Shown: one piece after another, positions 9,697 through 18,329 of the stretch
Layout: every line of letters begins with the position of its first letter
Numbering within the stretch: the stretch's first letter is position 1
Assembly: GCA_045631745.1 (NCBI GenBank)
Contig: JAZQVI010000028.1
Span: 1,489 to 65,488, forward strand
DNA length: 64,000 nt
Direction: 5' to 3'
Source of the DNA: Eubacteriales bacterium
GTDB taxonomy: Bacteria; Bacillota; Clostridia; Oscillospirales; CAG-272
Program-made: the position numbers and the translations under genes
Notes under the pieces: generated by a model
Database searches by the model: none
What the model was told of the DNA's origin: nothing
Seen by the model: the letters and a program-made list of their open reading frames with translations, nothing else

Positions 9697-10734
9697 ATGA
9701 TGGCTCGTGATTTTGACGATATTCTCGGCAACGAACGCTTACGTGAGCGTTTGGGGCGGGACATACGCGCCGACAAACTCTCTCACTCCTATATCCTGGA
9801 GGGAGCACCCGGTTTTGGAAAGCATCTGATGGCACTGGAGATCGCCGCCGCATTGGCGTGTGAGCATCGGGAATCGAGCGAGCACTCCATTCCCTGCCAT
9901 TCCTGTCCCTCTTGCAGAAAGATCCTGTCGGGCAACTCCCCCGATGTGATATATATCAATCGCGGAGAGTACGCCACCCTCGGTGTGGATGCAATCCGAG
10001 CCATGCACGCCGACGTGTACGTTGCGCCAAACGACTGCGAAAAGAAGGTTTACGTCATCGAGGAGGCGCATCTGATGACCACGCAAGCGCAAAACGCCTT
10101 GCTTCTGATCCTGGAGGAGCCTCCCGCCTACGTACAGTTTCTCCTGCTTTGCGACCGTGCAGAGGCACTCCTTGAAACAATTCGAAGCCGCGCACCGGTC
10201 CTCCGTCTGCAGCCCATTGATCGGCATGTACTCGACGAGCACCTCTCTCGGACGCTGACCGAGGCCAAAATGCTCAAAAGCCAGTCTCCCGACGAATTTG
10301 AGGAGCTTCTCATCGCAGCAGGTGGCAGTGTCGGAGTTGCAAAGAACCTGCTCGATGCCAATCGGCGAAAGCCCATCCTCGAGCGCCGCGCCGCAGCACG
10401 GGAGTTTCTGTCGCTTTGCGGAAACGGTCGCCAAAGCCTTGCCGCTCTGTCCTATCTCAGCGGGCTCGGCACCAAGCGAGACATGATCGTCAGACAGCTG
10501 GAGGAAAATATCATCTGTCTGCGAGATCTTTTGGTCTGCAAACAGACCGAGGAGGCTCCTCTTTGCTTTTTTGCAAAACGGGAGGAGGCGTGCGAGCTTT
10601 CCTACCGATTTTCCACGCCCGAGCTCTTTCGCATCTGCGAGGGACTGGAGAAGGCGATCAACGCTCTGCAGGCAAACGCCAACGTCCGTCTGACGCTGAC
10701 GCAACTTGCAATCGACATTGGAATGATGTCTTAA
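9697..10734 (+). CDS. holB: DNA polymerase III subunit delta'
   Basis: HSYILEGAPGFGK (P-loop-like), zinc module C..C.SCRKI, KVYVIEEAHLMT..AQNALL..LEEPP and ETIRSR. The start was moved to the ATG at 9697, behind SD ggaagga; the track ORF begins at 9631, inside the promoter. Confidence 0.88.
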   Translation: MMARDFDDILGNERLRERLGRDIRADKLSHSYILEGAPGFGKHLMALEIAAALACEHRESSEHSIPCHSCPSCRKILSGNSPDVIYINRGEYATLGVDAIRAMHADVYVAPNDCEKKVYVIEEAHLMTTQAQNALLLILEEPPAYVQFLLLCDRAEALLETIRSRAPVLRLQPIDRHVLDEHLSRTLTEAKMLKSQSPDEFEELLIAAGGSVGVAKNLLDANRRKPILERRAAAREFLSLCGNGRQSLAALSYLSGLGTKRDMIVRQLEENIICLRDLLVCKQTEEAPLCFFAKREEACELSYRFSTPELFRICEGLEKAINALQANANVRLTLTQLAIDIGMMS

Positions 10735-10758
10735 CCCATGAGAGAAAGGAATCGATAA

Positions 10759-12156
10759 ATGGACGAACAGAACAAGACCGCTCCCGCCCCCGAAGCAGGC
10801 GGCGCGAAGAAGTCAAATCATCATAGAAGACACCGCAGAGGCCACAAGCACGGCGCTCAAAAGCCTGCAAACGGTCAGCCCCAGCAGTCGAACCAGGCAG
10901 CGTCAAGCGAGGCGCAAAAGCCTGCCGCACCGGAACAAAAGGGACAGCAGGCGCAAAACGCCAGCCAGAATGCCGGCGGCGATCGTCAGAAGAAAAACAA
11001 TAAGAATCGAAACAACCGTCGTCATAACGGAGACAAAAAGAAGAATCCAAGCGGTGGCAATCCCTATGCCAAGCGCGGACCGGAGGATCTTTACGGACAC
11101 CCCACCGAGGACGACGTTCTGACCATGGAGGAGCTCCGCGCAAAAATCGTGCTCAATGCAACAAAGCCGACCGCTCCCGCGCCGACAAAGGAGGAAGAGA
11201 TTGTCTCTCCCATCCCCGAGGAGCTTTTGATCCCCATGGATGAGAATCCCCCTGAGGCAACCTCCGAAGAGGAGTGCTTGGAGGTGGTGGGAATCCGCTT
11301 CCGCACGTCGGGAAAGGTCTACTATTTTGACCCCAAGAAGAACAAGCTTGCAAAGGGGCAATTCGCCATCGTAGAAACGGCAAGAGGGCCCGAATTCGGT
11401 GAGGTAACCTTTGGCAACCGCATGGTGAAAAAATCCTCCACAGTCTCCCCGCTTCGCCCCGTTTTGCGCGCGGCAAGCGATGCAGACGTTCAGAAGAATC
11501 AAGAGAATATCAAAAAGGAAAAGGACGCCCTGGAGATCTGCCGCAAGAAGATCGAGGAGCACAAGCTGGAGATGAAGCTGATCGACGCGCAATACGCCTT
11601 CGATAATTCCAAGATTCTCTTCTACTTCACTTCGGAGGGACGTGTGGACTTCCGCGAGCTGGTAAAGGATCTGGCATCTGTTTTCCGCACCAGGATCGAG
11701 CTTCGTCAGATCGGTATCCGCGACGAGGCAAAGATGCTGGGAGGACTGGGCGCGTGCGGACGTCCGCTCTGCTGCTCCAGCTTCCTGTCCGACTTCGCAC
11801 AGGTATCCATTAAGATGGCAAAGGAGCAGGGACTCTCCCTCAACTCCTCCAAAATTTCGGGTGTTTGCGGCAGACTCATGTGCTGTCTGCGCTATGAATC
11901 CGAGGTCTATGCCGAGGAGATCCGCAGAACACCTCCCGTTGATTCTACCGTCAACACCCCGGATGGTGTAGGCACAGTGATCGGAACCAGCCCCCTCGCA
12001 GGCACGGTAAAGGTGCTTTTCAAGAATGCTCCCGACACGCCTCCCAAACAGTTCCACCGAGACGAGGTCACGGTTCTGAGCCGTGAAAAATCCCGTGCAA
12101 AAGGAGAGGATAAAAAAGCCTCTGAATCCAGCCCCGAATCCAATCAAAAGGGTTGA
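10759..12156 (+). CDS. yaaT: PSP1 domain protein / stage 0 sporulation protein YaaT (RicT) with a ~175-aa low-complexity N-terminal extension
   Basis: The core VVGIRFRTSGKVYYFDP..FAIVETARGPEFGEV..ILFYFTSEGRVDFRELVKDLA..FRTRIELRQIGIRDEAK.LGG.G.CGR.LCC..FL..F..VSIKMAKEQ.LSLN..KISG.CGRLMCCL.YE is canonical PSP1. It follows holB as in Bacillus. Confidence 0.88.
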   Translation: MDEQNKTAPAPEAGGAKKSNHHRRHRRGHKHGAQKPANGQPQQSNQAASSEAQKPAAPEQKGQQAQNASQNAGGDRQKKNNKNRNNRRHNGDKKKNPSGGNPYAKRGPEDLYGHPTEDDVLTMEELRAKIVLNATKPTAPAPTKEEEIVSPIPEELLIPMDENPPEATSEEECLEVVGIRFRTSGKVYYFDPKKNKLAKGQFAIVETARGPEFGEVTFGNRMVKKSSTVSPLRPVLRAASDADVQKNQENIKKEKDALEICRKKIEEHKLEMKLIDAQYAFDNSKILFYFTSEGRVDFRELVKDLASVFRTRIELRQIGIRDEAKMLGGLGACGRPLCCSSFLSDFAQVSIKMAKEQGLSLNSSKISGVCGRLMCCLRYESEVYAEEIRRTPPVDSTVNTPDGVGTVIGTSPLAGTVKVLFKNAPDTPPKQFHRDEVTVLSREKSRAKGEDKKASESSPESNQKG

Positions 12157-12232
12157 TCTCCCTGTGCGGGAAAAGGATTGTACCTTTTACAAAAAAAATT
12201 TTGAAAAAAATTAAGTTTTTTCAGAAAAATAG

Positions 12233-12260
12233 TTGAAAAATATAAAAAATGTGATACAAT
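12233..12260 (+). promoter_or_regulatory. sigma-A promoter for the ferredoxin gene
   Basis: TTGAAA (12233-12238), 16 nt spacer, TGaTACAAT (TACAAT 12255-12260). Confidence 0.6.
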
Positions 12261-12294
12261 AGAATCACCATACTATATCAAGGAGGTCTTTATC

Positions 12295-12465
12295 ATGGCT
12301 TACAAGATTACCGATGATTGTGTATCCTGCGGCGCTTGCGTTGAGGCTTGCCCCGTTGAAGCGATCGCTGAGGGTGACGGCAAGTACGAGATCGACGCTG
12401 ACAAGTGCCTCGGCTGTGGCGCTTGTGCTGACGCTTGTCCCGTTGGCGCTCCTCAGGAGGACTGA
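12295..12465 (+). CDS. 2x[4Fe-4S] clostridial-type ferredoxin (56 aa)
   Basis: Below the ORF-track size cut-off. My translation is MAYKITDDCVSCGACVEACPVEAIAEGDGKYEIDADKCLGCGACADACPVGAPQED, with two CxxCxxCxxxCP motifs. SD aaggagg lies upstream. Confidence 0.92.
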   Translation: MAYKITDDCVSCGACVEACPVEAIAEGDGKYEIDADKCLGCGACADACPVGAPQED

Positions 12466-12482
12466 TACATCACCACTGTTAG

Positions 12483-12516
12483 CGGAGCAGGCGCGTTTGC
12501 CGTCTGCTCCGTTTTC
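12483..12516 (+). terminator. intrinsic terminator after the ferredoxin gene
   Basis: Hairpin cggagcag..ctgctccg followed by tttt. Confidence 0.6.
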
Positions 12517-12545
12517 ACAAAAAATCCGTTTAGGAAACGACTGAT

Positions 12546-13379
12546 ATGAACATGGTACCGTGCACGCCCTCGCTGCTCGATGACGAGCGACTGGACGAGG
12601 TAAACGAGCATATCCGACTCATTCAAAAAAAACAGGGTTTAACCTTTGGCACAGACGCCTATCTGCTTGCCGCATTCGTGCGAAGCTCCCCTACGGCTCG
12701 CGCCGTTGATCTCGGGAGCGGAACGGGAATCATTCCCCTTCTCCTGTGCTCAAAAAACAAAGTGAAATCGGTCACGGCGGTGGAGCTTCAGGCTTCCTTC
12801 GCTGATTTGATCCAACGAAACGCACAGCTCAACGGGATGCAGGAGCGCATCTCGGTCTGCAACGCCGACGTACGAGGAATCAATTCCGCCACCGTTGGAG
12901 GCGAGGTTGATTTGGTATGCTCCAATCCCCCGTATCTCAAAGCCAACGCAGGGAAATCCAACCATGCAGAGGAAAAAGAGATCGCGCGGCACGAGGTGCA
13001 CGGCACAGTCTTTGATTTCTGCGCGGCAGCATCCCGTCTGCTCAAAACGAAGGGGCGCTTTGCCTGCGTGTTTCGCACCGAGCGACTTTCGGAGCTGTTT
13101 GCTGCGATGAAGGAAAACCGCCTGGAACCCAAAAGAATGGTGATGGTGCACGCCGATCCCGCAACCCCTCCGTGTATGGTTTTGGTGGAGGCGATGAAGG
13201 ATGCAGCCCCCTCGCTGATCGTGGAGCCGCCGCTCTTTCTGTATGAAACGCAGACGGTGAGCGGATCCTCACGAGAAATGACGGCACAGGCAAAAGAAAT
13301 CTATCGAACATGTTCCTTTCCAAAGCGAGGAAAGGCAGAAATAAAAATCCAAAAAGGAGAACATCATGAAGAAGCTTGA
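12546..13379 (+). CDS. SAM-dependent methyltransferase, tRNA1(Val) m6A37 TrmN6/YabB-like
   Basis: SAM motif VDLGSGTGIIPL and N6-adenine motif CSNPPY. Position is equivalent to Bacillus yabB, near yaaT. Confidence 0.82.
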   Translation: MNMVPCTPSLLDDERLDEVNEHIRLIQKKQGLTFGTDAYLLAAFVRSSPTARAVDLGSGTGIIPLLLCSKNKVKSVTAVELQASFADLIQRNAQLNGMQERISVCNADVRGINSATVGGEVDLVCSNPPYLKANAGKSNHAEEKEIARHEVHGTVFDFCAAASRLLKTKGRFACVFRTERLSELFAAMKENRLEPKRMVMVHADPATPPCMVLVEAMKDAAPSLIVEPPLFLYETQTVSGSSREMTAQAKEIYRTCSFPKRGKAEIKIQKGEHHEEA

Positions 13380-13659
13380 ACCCAAACAGATCGCTGCTCT
13401 TGCCGCTCTGACGGTAGGCGCGCTGGTAATTGGCAAGATCGCCAAGGATGTCAAGAAGATCTGCCAGATGGCAAATGAAAAAGAAGAAATCCTGCCCGAC
13501 GCAGACGAGGAGATTGCCCCCGCTCAGGCTGAGGTTATTGAGGCAGATGTGATTGAGGAAGCACCTGTTGCAGAGGAGATCCTTGAGGTCGCCGAGACCC
13601 CTGTTGCAGCCGAGACTGCAAACACGGAGACCGCAACGGTTGAAACCATCACCGAATAA
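13366..13659 (+). CDS. hypothetical membrane-anchored acidic protein
   Basis: Good SD (aaaggag, 6 nt spacing). One N-terminal hydrophobic helix (IAALAALTVGALVIG) is followed by an E/A/V-rich acidic tail. No recognisable family. Confidence 0.5.
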   Translation: MKKLEPKQIAALAALTVGALVIGKIAKDVKKICQMANEKEEILPDADEEIAPAQAEVIEADVIEEAPVAEEILEVAETPVAAETANTETATVETITE

Positions 13660-13746
13660 GGAGAACTCGGGAAGAAAGGACTGCGTGTAGACCCAAGGCC
13701 AATCCTTGGCGTTCCGTTTGCGCGGTCTTTTTTCTCTTTTCAACAT

Positions 13747-14547
13747 ATGGAACACATCAAACGAATTTTAAGTTATGCCCGCCGTGCGCTGGACGACTAC
13801 GAAATGCTCCGTCCGGGTGACCGCGTTGCCGTGGGCGTGTCTGCGGGAAAGGACTCGCTGGCGCTTCTTTGCGCTATGGCAGAGCTCCGCAGATTTTATC
13901 CCATTCCCTTTGAGCTCCACGCCGTCACCATTGACATGGGATTTGAGGGAGGAATGGACTTTGACCCCATCCGAGAGCTCTGCGAGGAGCTGGACGTTCC
14001 CTATACCGTCGTCCCCACCCAGATCTCAAAGATTATCTTTGACATTCGCAAGGAATCTTCTCCTTGCTCGCTCTGCGCAAAAATGAGACGTGGAGCGCTT
14101 CACAACGCAGCCAAGGATCTCGGCTGCAACGTGGTGGCACTGGGGCACCATTTTGACGATGCGATCGAAACCTTCATGCTCAACCTCTTTTTTGAGGGAC
14201 GCATCGGTTGTTTCTCCCCCGTGTCCTATTTGTCCCGCACCGATCTGCGCTTGATCCGCCCCTTGATCTACCTTCCCGAAAAGGATGTGCGTTATTTTGC
14301 GAGCAAGGTAAATCTGCCCGTCATCAAATCTCCATGCCCTGCCGACGGAAACACCCAGCGCGAGGAGATGAAGCAGCTCCTTGCAAAGCTCGACCGCGAA
14401 AACCGCGGACTGCGTTACCGCATCTTCGGCGCCATGCAGCGCGGGGAAATCGACGGCTTTAAGCCTGTGAAGAAAATGCAGGGAATTTCCGCATACGCGC
14501 AGGACGAGGAGTCCCAAAATACATCTGAAAACGGTGAAACAGAATGA
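13747..14547 (+). CDS. TtcA-family PP-loop ATPase (tRNA 2-thiocytidine biosynthesis-like)
   Basis: PP-loop VGVSAGKDS, CSLCAKMRRG, LGHHFDD and SPCP motifs. Confidence 0.84.
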   Translation: MEHIKRILSYARRALDDYEMLRPGDRVAVGVSAGKDSLALLCAMAELRRFYPIPFELHAVTIDMGFEGGMDFDPIRELCEELDVPYTVVPTQISKIIFDIRKESSPCSLCAKMRRGALHNAAKDLGCNVVALGHHFDDAIETFMLNLFFEGRIGCFSPVSYLSRTDLRLIRPLIYLPEKDVRYFASKVNLPVIKSPCPADGNTQREEMKQLLAKLDRENRGLRYRIFGAMQRGEIDGFKPVKKMQGISAYAQDEESQNTSENGETE

Positions 14548-16556
14548 ATGCCATCAATCAATCGGACAACTTATTCTTACCGATCAACCGACAAGACATG
14601 GAAGCGCGAGGCTGGGACCGCCCCGACTTCGTTTACGTCACGGGTGATGCCTACGTGGATCATCCCTCTTTTGGCGTGTCCATCATCTCAAGAGTTTTGG
14701 AGCACGCGGGCTACCGCGTTGCCATTCTCTCTCAGCCCGATTACCGCTCCTGCGACGCCTTTCGCGAGTTTGGACGGCCGAGGCTGGGATTTCTCGTCAC
14801 GTCGGGAAACATCGACAGCATGGTGGCGCATTATACCGCCGCCAAGAAAAAACGATCCTTTGACTATTATTCGCCGGGAGGAAGGATGGGAAACCGTCCC
14901 GACCGCGCGGCGATCGTGTATACCAACCGCATCCGCGAGGCATACGGTGACGTGCCGGTAATCCTCGGAGGACTGGAGGCATCGCTGCGCCGCTTCGCGC
15001 ATTACGATTACTGGGATGACAAGGTGCGCCGTTCCGTTTTGGTGGACAGCCGTGCCGATCTGTTGACCTACGGCATGGGAGAGAACATTCTCCTTCGTAT
15101 CGCCGAGCTCTTGGATCGCGGTGTGCCGATCAAAAAGATCCGCGACGTGCGTGGCACCGTTTACCTCTGCGATCCCGCGGACAAGATCCACTACGACGTG
15201 GCGGCTACCTTTGACTACAACGAACTCAAAACCGACAAACGCAAATACGCAGAGGCATTTGGGATCCAATACAAAAATCAGGACGCGCTCAACGGCCGTG
15301 CCATCTGCGAGCGGTATGACAACAAGCTCCTGGTGCAAAATCCCCCCATGCCACCGCTGGAACGTGAGGAACTCGACAAAGTATATGCACTCCCCTACCA
15401 GCGCGCTTATCACCCATCCTATGAGCCGATGGGCGGCGTGCCCGGTATCGAGGAGGTGCAATTCTCGGTTACCCACAACCGCGGATGCTTTGGCGGCTGC
15501 AACTTCTGCGCCCTGGCCTTCCATCAAGGTCGGACGGTGCGCTCAAGAAGCATTCAAAGTGTGGTGGAGGAAGCGCGCAAGATCACGCAGCTTCCCGGCT
15601 TTAAGGGCTATATTCACGACGTAGGGGGCCCCACTGCCAATTTCCGCTATCCCGCCTGCGACAAACAGCTGAAGGACGGGGTATGCGCAAACCGCAAGTG
15701 CCTTGCTCCCACCCCTTGCAAAAACCTCAAGGTCGATCACCGCGAGTATCAGCGGCTGATTGAAGAAATTGAAGCTCTCCCAAAGGTCAAAAAGGTGTTT
15801 ATCCGAAGCGGAATCCGCTTTGATTATCTACTGCTCGATCAGAACGAGGACTTTTTCAAAAAGCTGGTACGGGACAACGTTAGCGGTCAGCTCAAGGTAG
15901 CCCCCGAGCATTGCTCGGACGGGGTGCTTTCCTGCATGGGCAAGCCCTCCTTTGACGTCTACAGTCGCTTCCGCCGCCGCTTCTTTGAGATCACCAAGGA
16001 GATGGGCAAGGAGCAATATCTCGTTCCCTATCTCATGTCCAGCCATCCGGGCTCTACATTGGATGATGCCATTGAGCTGGCGCTCTGTCTGAAAGAAAAC
16101 GGATACGCCCCCGAGCAGGTGCAGGACTACTACCCCACCCCCGGAACGGCATCCACAGTGATGTATTACACCGGCATCAATCCCCTCAACATGAAGCCCG
16201 TTTACGTGGCGACCGATTATCATGAGAAGCAGCTGCAACGCGCACTGCTGCAGTACAACCGTCCGCAGAACGCAGATCTCGTGCGCGAGGCGCTCAAAAA
16301 AGCAGGACGTGAGGATCTGATCGGATACGGCAAGGAATGTCTGATCCGTCCCGATCCCCGACACGCGCAGGACACAAAAGCGAAGGACGGCGCAAAGCGC
16401 CGCGGAAACGCGCCGCAGGGCAGACCCTCCGCAACAAAATCCAAATCGAGTGGAAAGGGCAAGCCGGGCAACCGTGCAGCAAGCGCAAAGCCGCAAAAGA
16501 AATCGGCGCCCTCACAAAAAAAGAACGCGCGGCAGGATTCCCGTCGCAAGCATTAA
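14544..16556 (+). CDS. YgiQ family radical SAM protein (UPF0313) with a basic C-terminal tail
   Basis: N-terminal FLP....M..RGWD..DFV.VTGDAYVDHPSFG, radical SAM cluster CFGGCNFC, ATGA overlap with the upstream gene, and a K/R/S/A/P-rich last ~70 aa. Confidence 0.9.
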   Translation: MNAINQSDNLFLPINRQDMEARGWDRPDFVYVTGDAYVDHPSFGVSIISRVLEHAGYRVAILSQPDYRSCDAFREFGRPRLGFLVTSGNIDSMVAHYTAAKKKRSFDYYSPGGRMGNRPDRAAIVYTNRIREAYGDVPVILGGLEASLRRFAHYDYWDDKVRRSVLVDSRADLLTYGMGENILLRIAELLDRGVPIKKIRDVRGTVYLCDPADKIHYDVAATFDYNELKTDKRKYAEAFGIQYKNQDALNGRAICERYDNKLLVQNPPMPPLEREELDKVYALPYQRAYHPSYEPMGGVPGIEEVQFSVTHNRGCFGGCNFCALAFHQGRTVRSRSIQSVVEEARKITQLPGFKGYIHDVGGPTANFRYPACDKQLKDGVCANRKCLAPTPCKNLKVDHREYQRLIEEIEALPKVKKVFIRSGIRFDYLLLDQNEDFFKKLVRDNVSGQLKVAPEHCSDGVLSCMGKPSFDVYSRFRRRFFEITKEMGKEQYLVPYLMSSHPGSTLDDAIELALCLKENGYAPEQVQDYYPTPGTASTVMYYTGINPLNMKPVYVATDYHEKQLQRALLQYNRPQNADLVREALKKAGREDLIGYGKECLIRPDPRHAQDTKAKDGAKRRGNAPQGRPSATKSKSSGKGKPGNRAASAKPQKKSAPSQKKNARQDSRRKH

Positions 16557-16558
16557 AG

Positions 16559-16599
16559 AACAGAACGGCACAAGCCAGGCTTGTGCCGTTCTGTTTTAT
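16559..16599. terminator. bidirectional intrinsic terminator
   Basis: Long hairpin aacagaacggcacaag..cttgtgccgttctgtt plus ttttatt, between convergent genes. Confidence 0.65.
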
Positions 16600-18314
16600 T
16601 CCAGTCCTCGGAACTGCAGGCGGTAAAGCTCTGCGTAGGTTCCGTTTTGTTCCAAAAGCTCCTCGTGCGTTCCCTGCTCGGTGATCTCACCGCCCGCAAT
16701 GACTGCGATCTCGTCGGCGTTCTTGATGGTGGAAAGCCGATGCGCCACCACGATGGTGGTTCTACCCTGGCAGAGCTCGTCCAGCGCCTGCTGAATGAGG
16801 ATCTCGGTGGTATTGTCGAGTGCACTCGTCGCCTCGTCCAGAATCAGAATGGGGGGATTCTTGAGGAATACTCTTGCGATACTCAGCCTCTGCTTCTGTC
16901 CGCCCGAGAGCTTGACGCCTCTCTCACCGATCTGCGTGTCATATCCCTTCTCCAGAGTCATCACATAATCGTGAATGTTGGCGCGCTTTGCCGCCTCAAT
17001 CACTTCCTCCTCGGTCGCATCGGGCTTGCCGTAGAGAATGTTGTCCCGAATGCTCGCGTTAAAGAGGTAGACATCCTGCTGAACGATGCCGATGTTGCGC
17101 CGCACCGATTCCGCTGTGAGGTTGCGAATATCCTTGCCGTCGATGAGAATTGATCCCGACGTCAGGGAATAAAAGCGAGGAATCAAATGACAAACGGTGG
17201 TCTTGCCTCCGCCGGAAGGCCCAACCAGTGCAAAGGTCTTGCCCTTCTCAATCGAAAGGCTGACACCGCGCAAAACGTCATGCTGACCGTCATAAGCGCA
17301 CACCACGTCGCGCAGCTCGATCTTGCCCTCGGCAACGCCGAGATCGACCGCTCCCTCTGCATCTGCTTCGGGAACCGCATCCATGATCTCCAAAAAACGC
17401 TCAAAGCCCGTCACACCGTTCTGATACTGCTCCATAAAATTGATGAGCGTAGTCACCGGGGTGATGAACAGTCCAACCGAAACCACAAAGGCAGAATAAT
17501 CCCCCAAAAGGATCTTGCCATTGTAGAGAAAGAGTCCGCCCGCGATCAGCACCACCACGTTGAATACGTCGGTGATAAAGGACGTTCCCGAATGGAACTT
17601 TCCCATCGCGCGGAAGGCTTCCCCTCTCGACTGCACAAATTCTCGGTTTCCGACCTCAAACTTTTCCTGCTCTCGATCGGCATTGTTAAACGCCTTGGTC
17701 ACACGAATGCCCGAGATACTGCTCTCGACTGAAGAATTGATGAGCGCAACCGCCTCTCGGCTCTTTTGGAAGGCACGCTTCATCCTCTTACGAAGGGAAA
17801 AAGAAATCACCAGCAAAAAGGGCACACAACAGAAAATGATCAGGGTGAGCCAGATGTTGATGCTGGCAAGATACGTAAAGGATACCACTACCGAAAGGGT
17901 GGAAATGATAAGATTCTCGGGACCATGATGCGCCAGCTCGCTGACCTCAAAGAGGTCGTTGGTCATGCGCGTCATCACCTTTCCCGTCTCGTGGTTGTCA
18001 AAGAAGGAGAACGGCAGCTTTTCGAGGTGCGCGAACAGCTCGGAGCGCATCTGCGCCTGCATCCGCACGCCCATGACGTGTCCCTTATATTGAATGAAAT
18101 AATTGAGCATCATTCGGACAAAATACAGCCCCAAAAGAAGAAGCCCGAATCCCACCACCGCACGATACTCGCGGTTGGGGATCAGATCGTTGAGCATTCT
18201 TCTGGTCACAATGGGATAAACCACACCAACGAGCGACACGAGCAAAGACGCCAGCATATCCAGGATAAAGATCTTTTTATGCGGCTTGTAGTATGACAAA
18301 AATCGCTTAAGCAT
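16596..18314 (-). CDS. ABC transporter ATP-binding/permease fusion (MsbA/multidrug exporter type)
   Basis: N-terminal six-helix TMD. NBD carries Walker A GPSGGGKTT, signature LSGGQKQR and Walker B ILILDEATSALD. Confidence 0.9.
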   Translation of the reverse strand: MLKRFLSYYKPHKKIFILDMLASLLVSLVGVVYPIVTRRMLNDLIPNREYRAVVGFGLLLLGLYFVRMMLNYFIQYKGHVMGVRMQAQMRSELFAHLEKLPFSFFDNHETGKVMTRMTNDLFEVSELAHHGPENLIISTLSVVVSFTYLASINIWLTLIIFCCVPFLLVISFSLRKRMKRAFQKSREAVALINSSVESSISGIRVTKAFNNADREQEKFEVGNREFVQSRGEAFRAMGKFHSGTSFITDVFNVVVLIAGGLFLYNGKILLGDYSAFVVSVGLFITPVTTLINFMEQYQNGVTGFERFLEIMDAVPEADAEGAVDLGVAEGKIELRDVVCAYDGQHDVLRGVSLSIEKGKTFALVGPSGGGKTTVCHLIPRFYSLTSGSILIDGKDIRNLTAESVRRNIGIVQQDVYLFNASIRDNILYGKPDATEEEVIEAAKRANIHDYVMTLEKGYDTQIGERGVKLSGGQKQRLSIARVFLKNPPILILDEATSALDNTTEILIQQALDELCQGRTTIVVAHRLSTIKNADEIAVIAGGEITEQGTHEELLEQNGTYAELYRLQFRGLE

Positions 18315-18329
18315 CTGACATCTCCTCCG

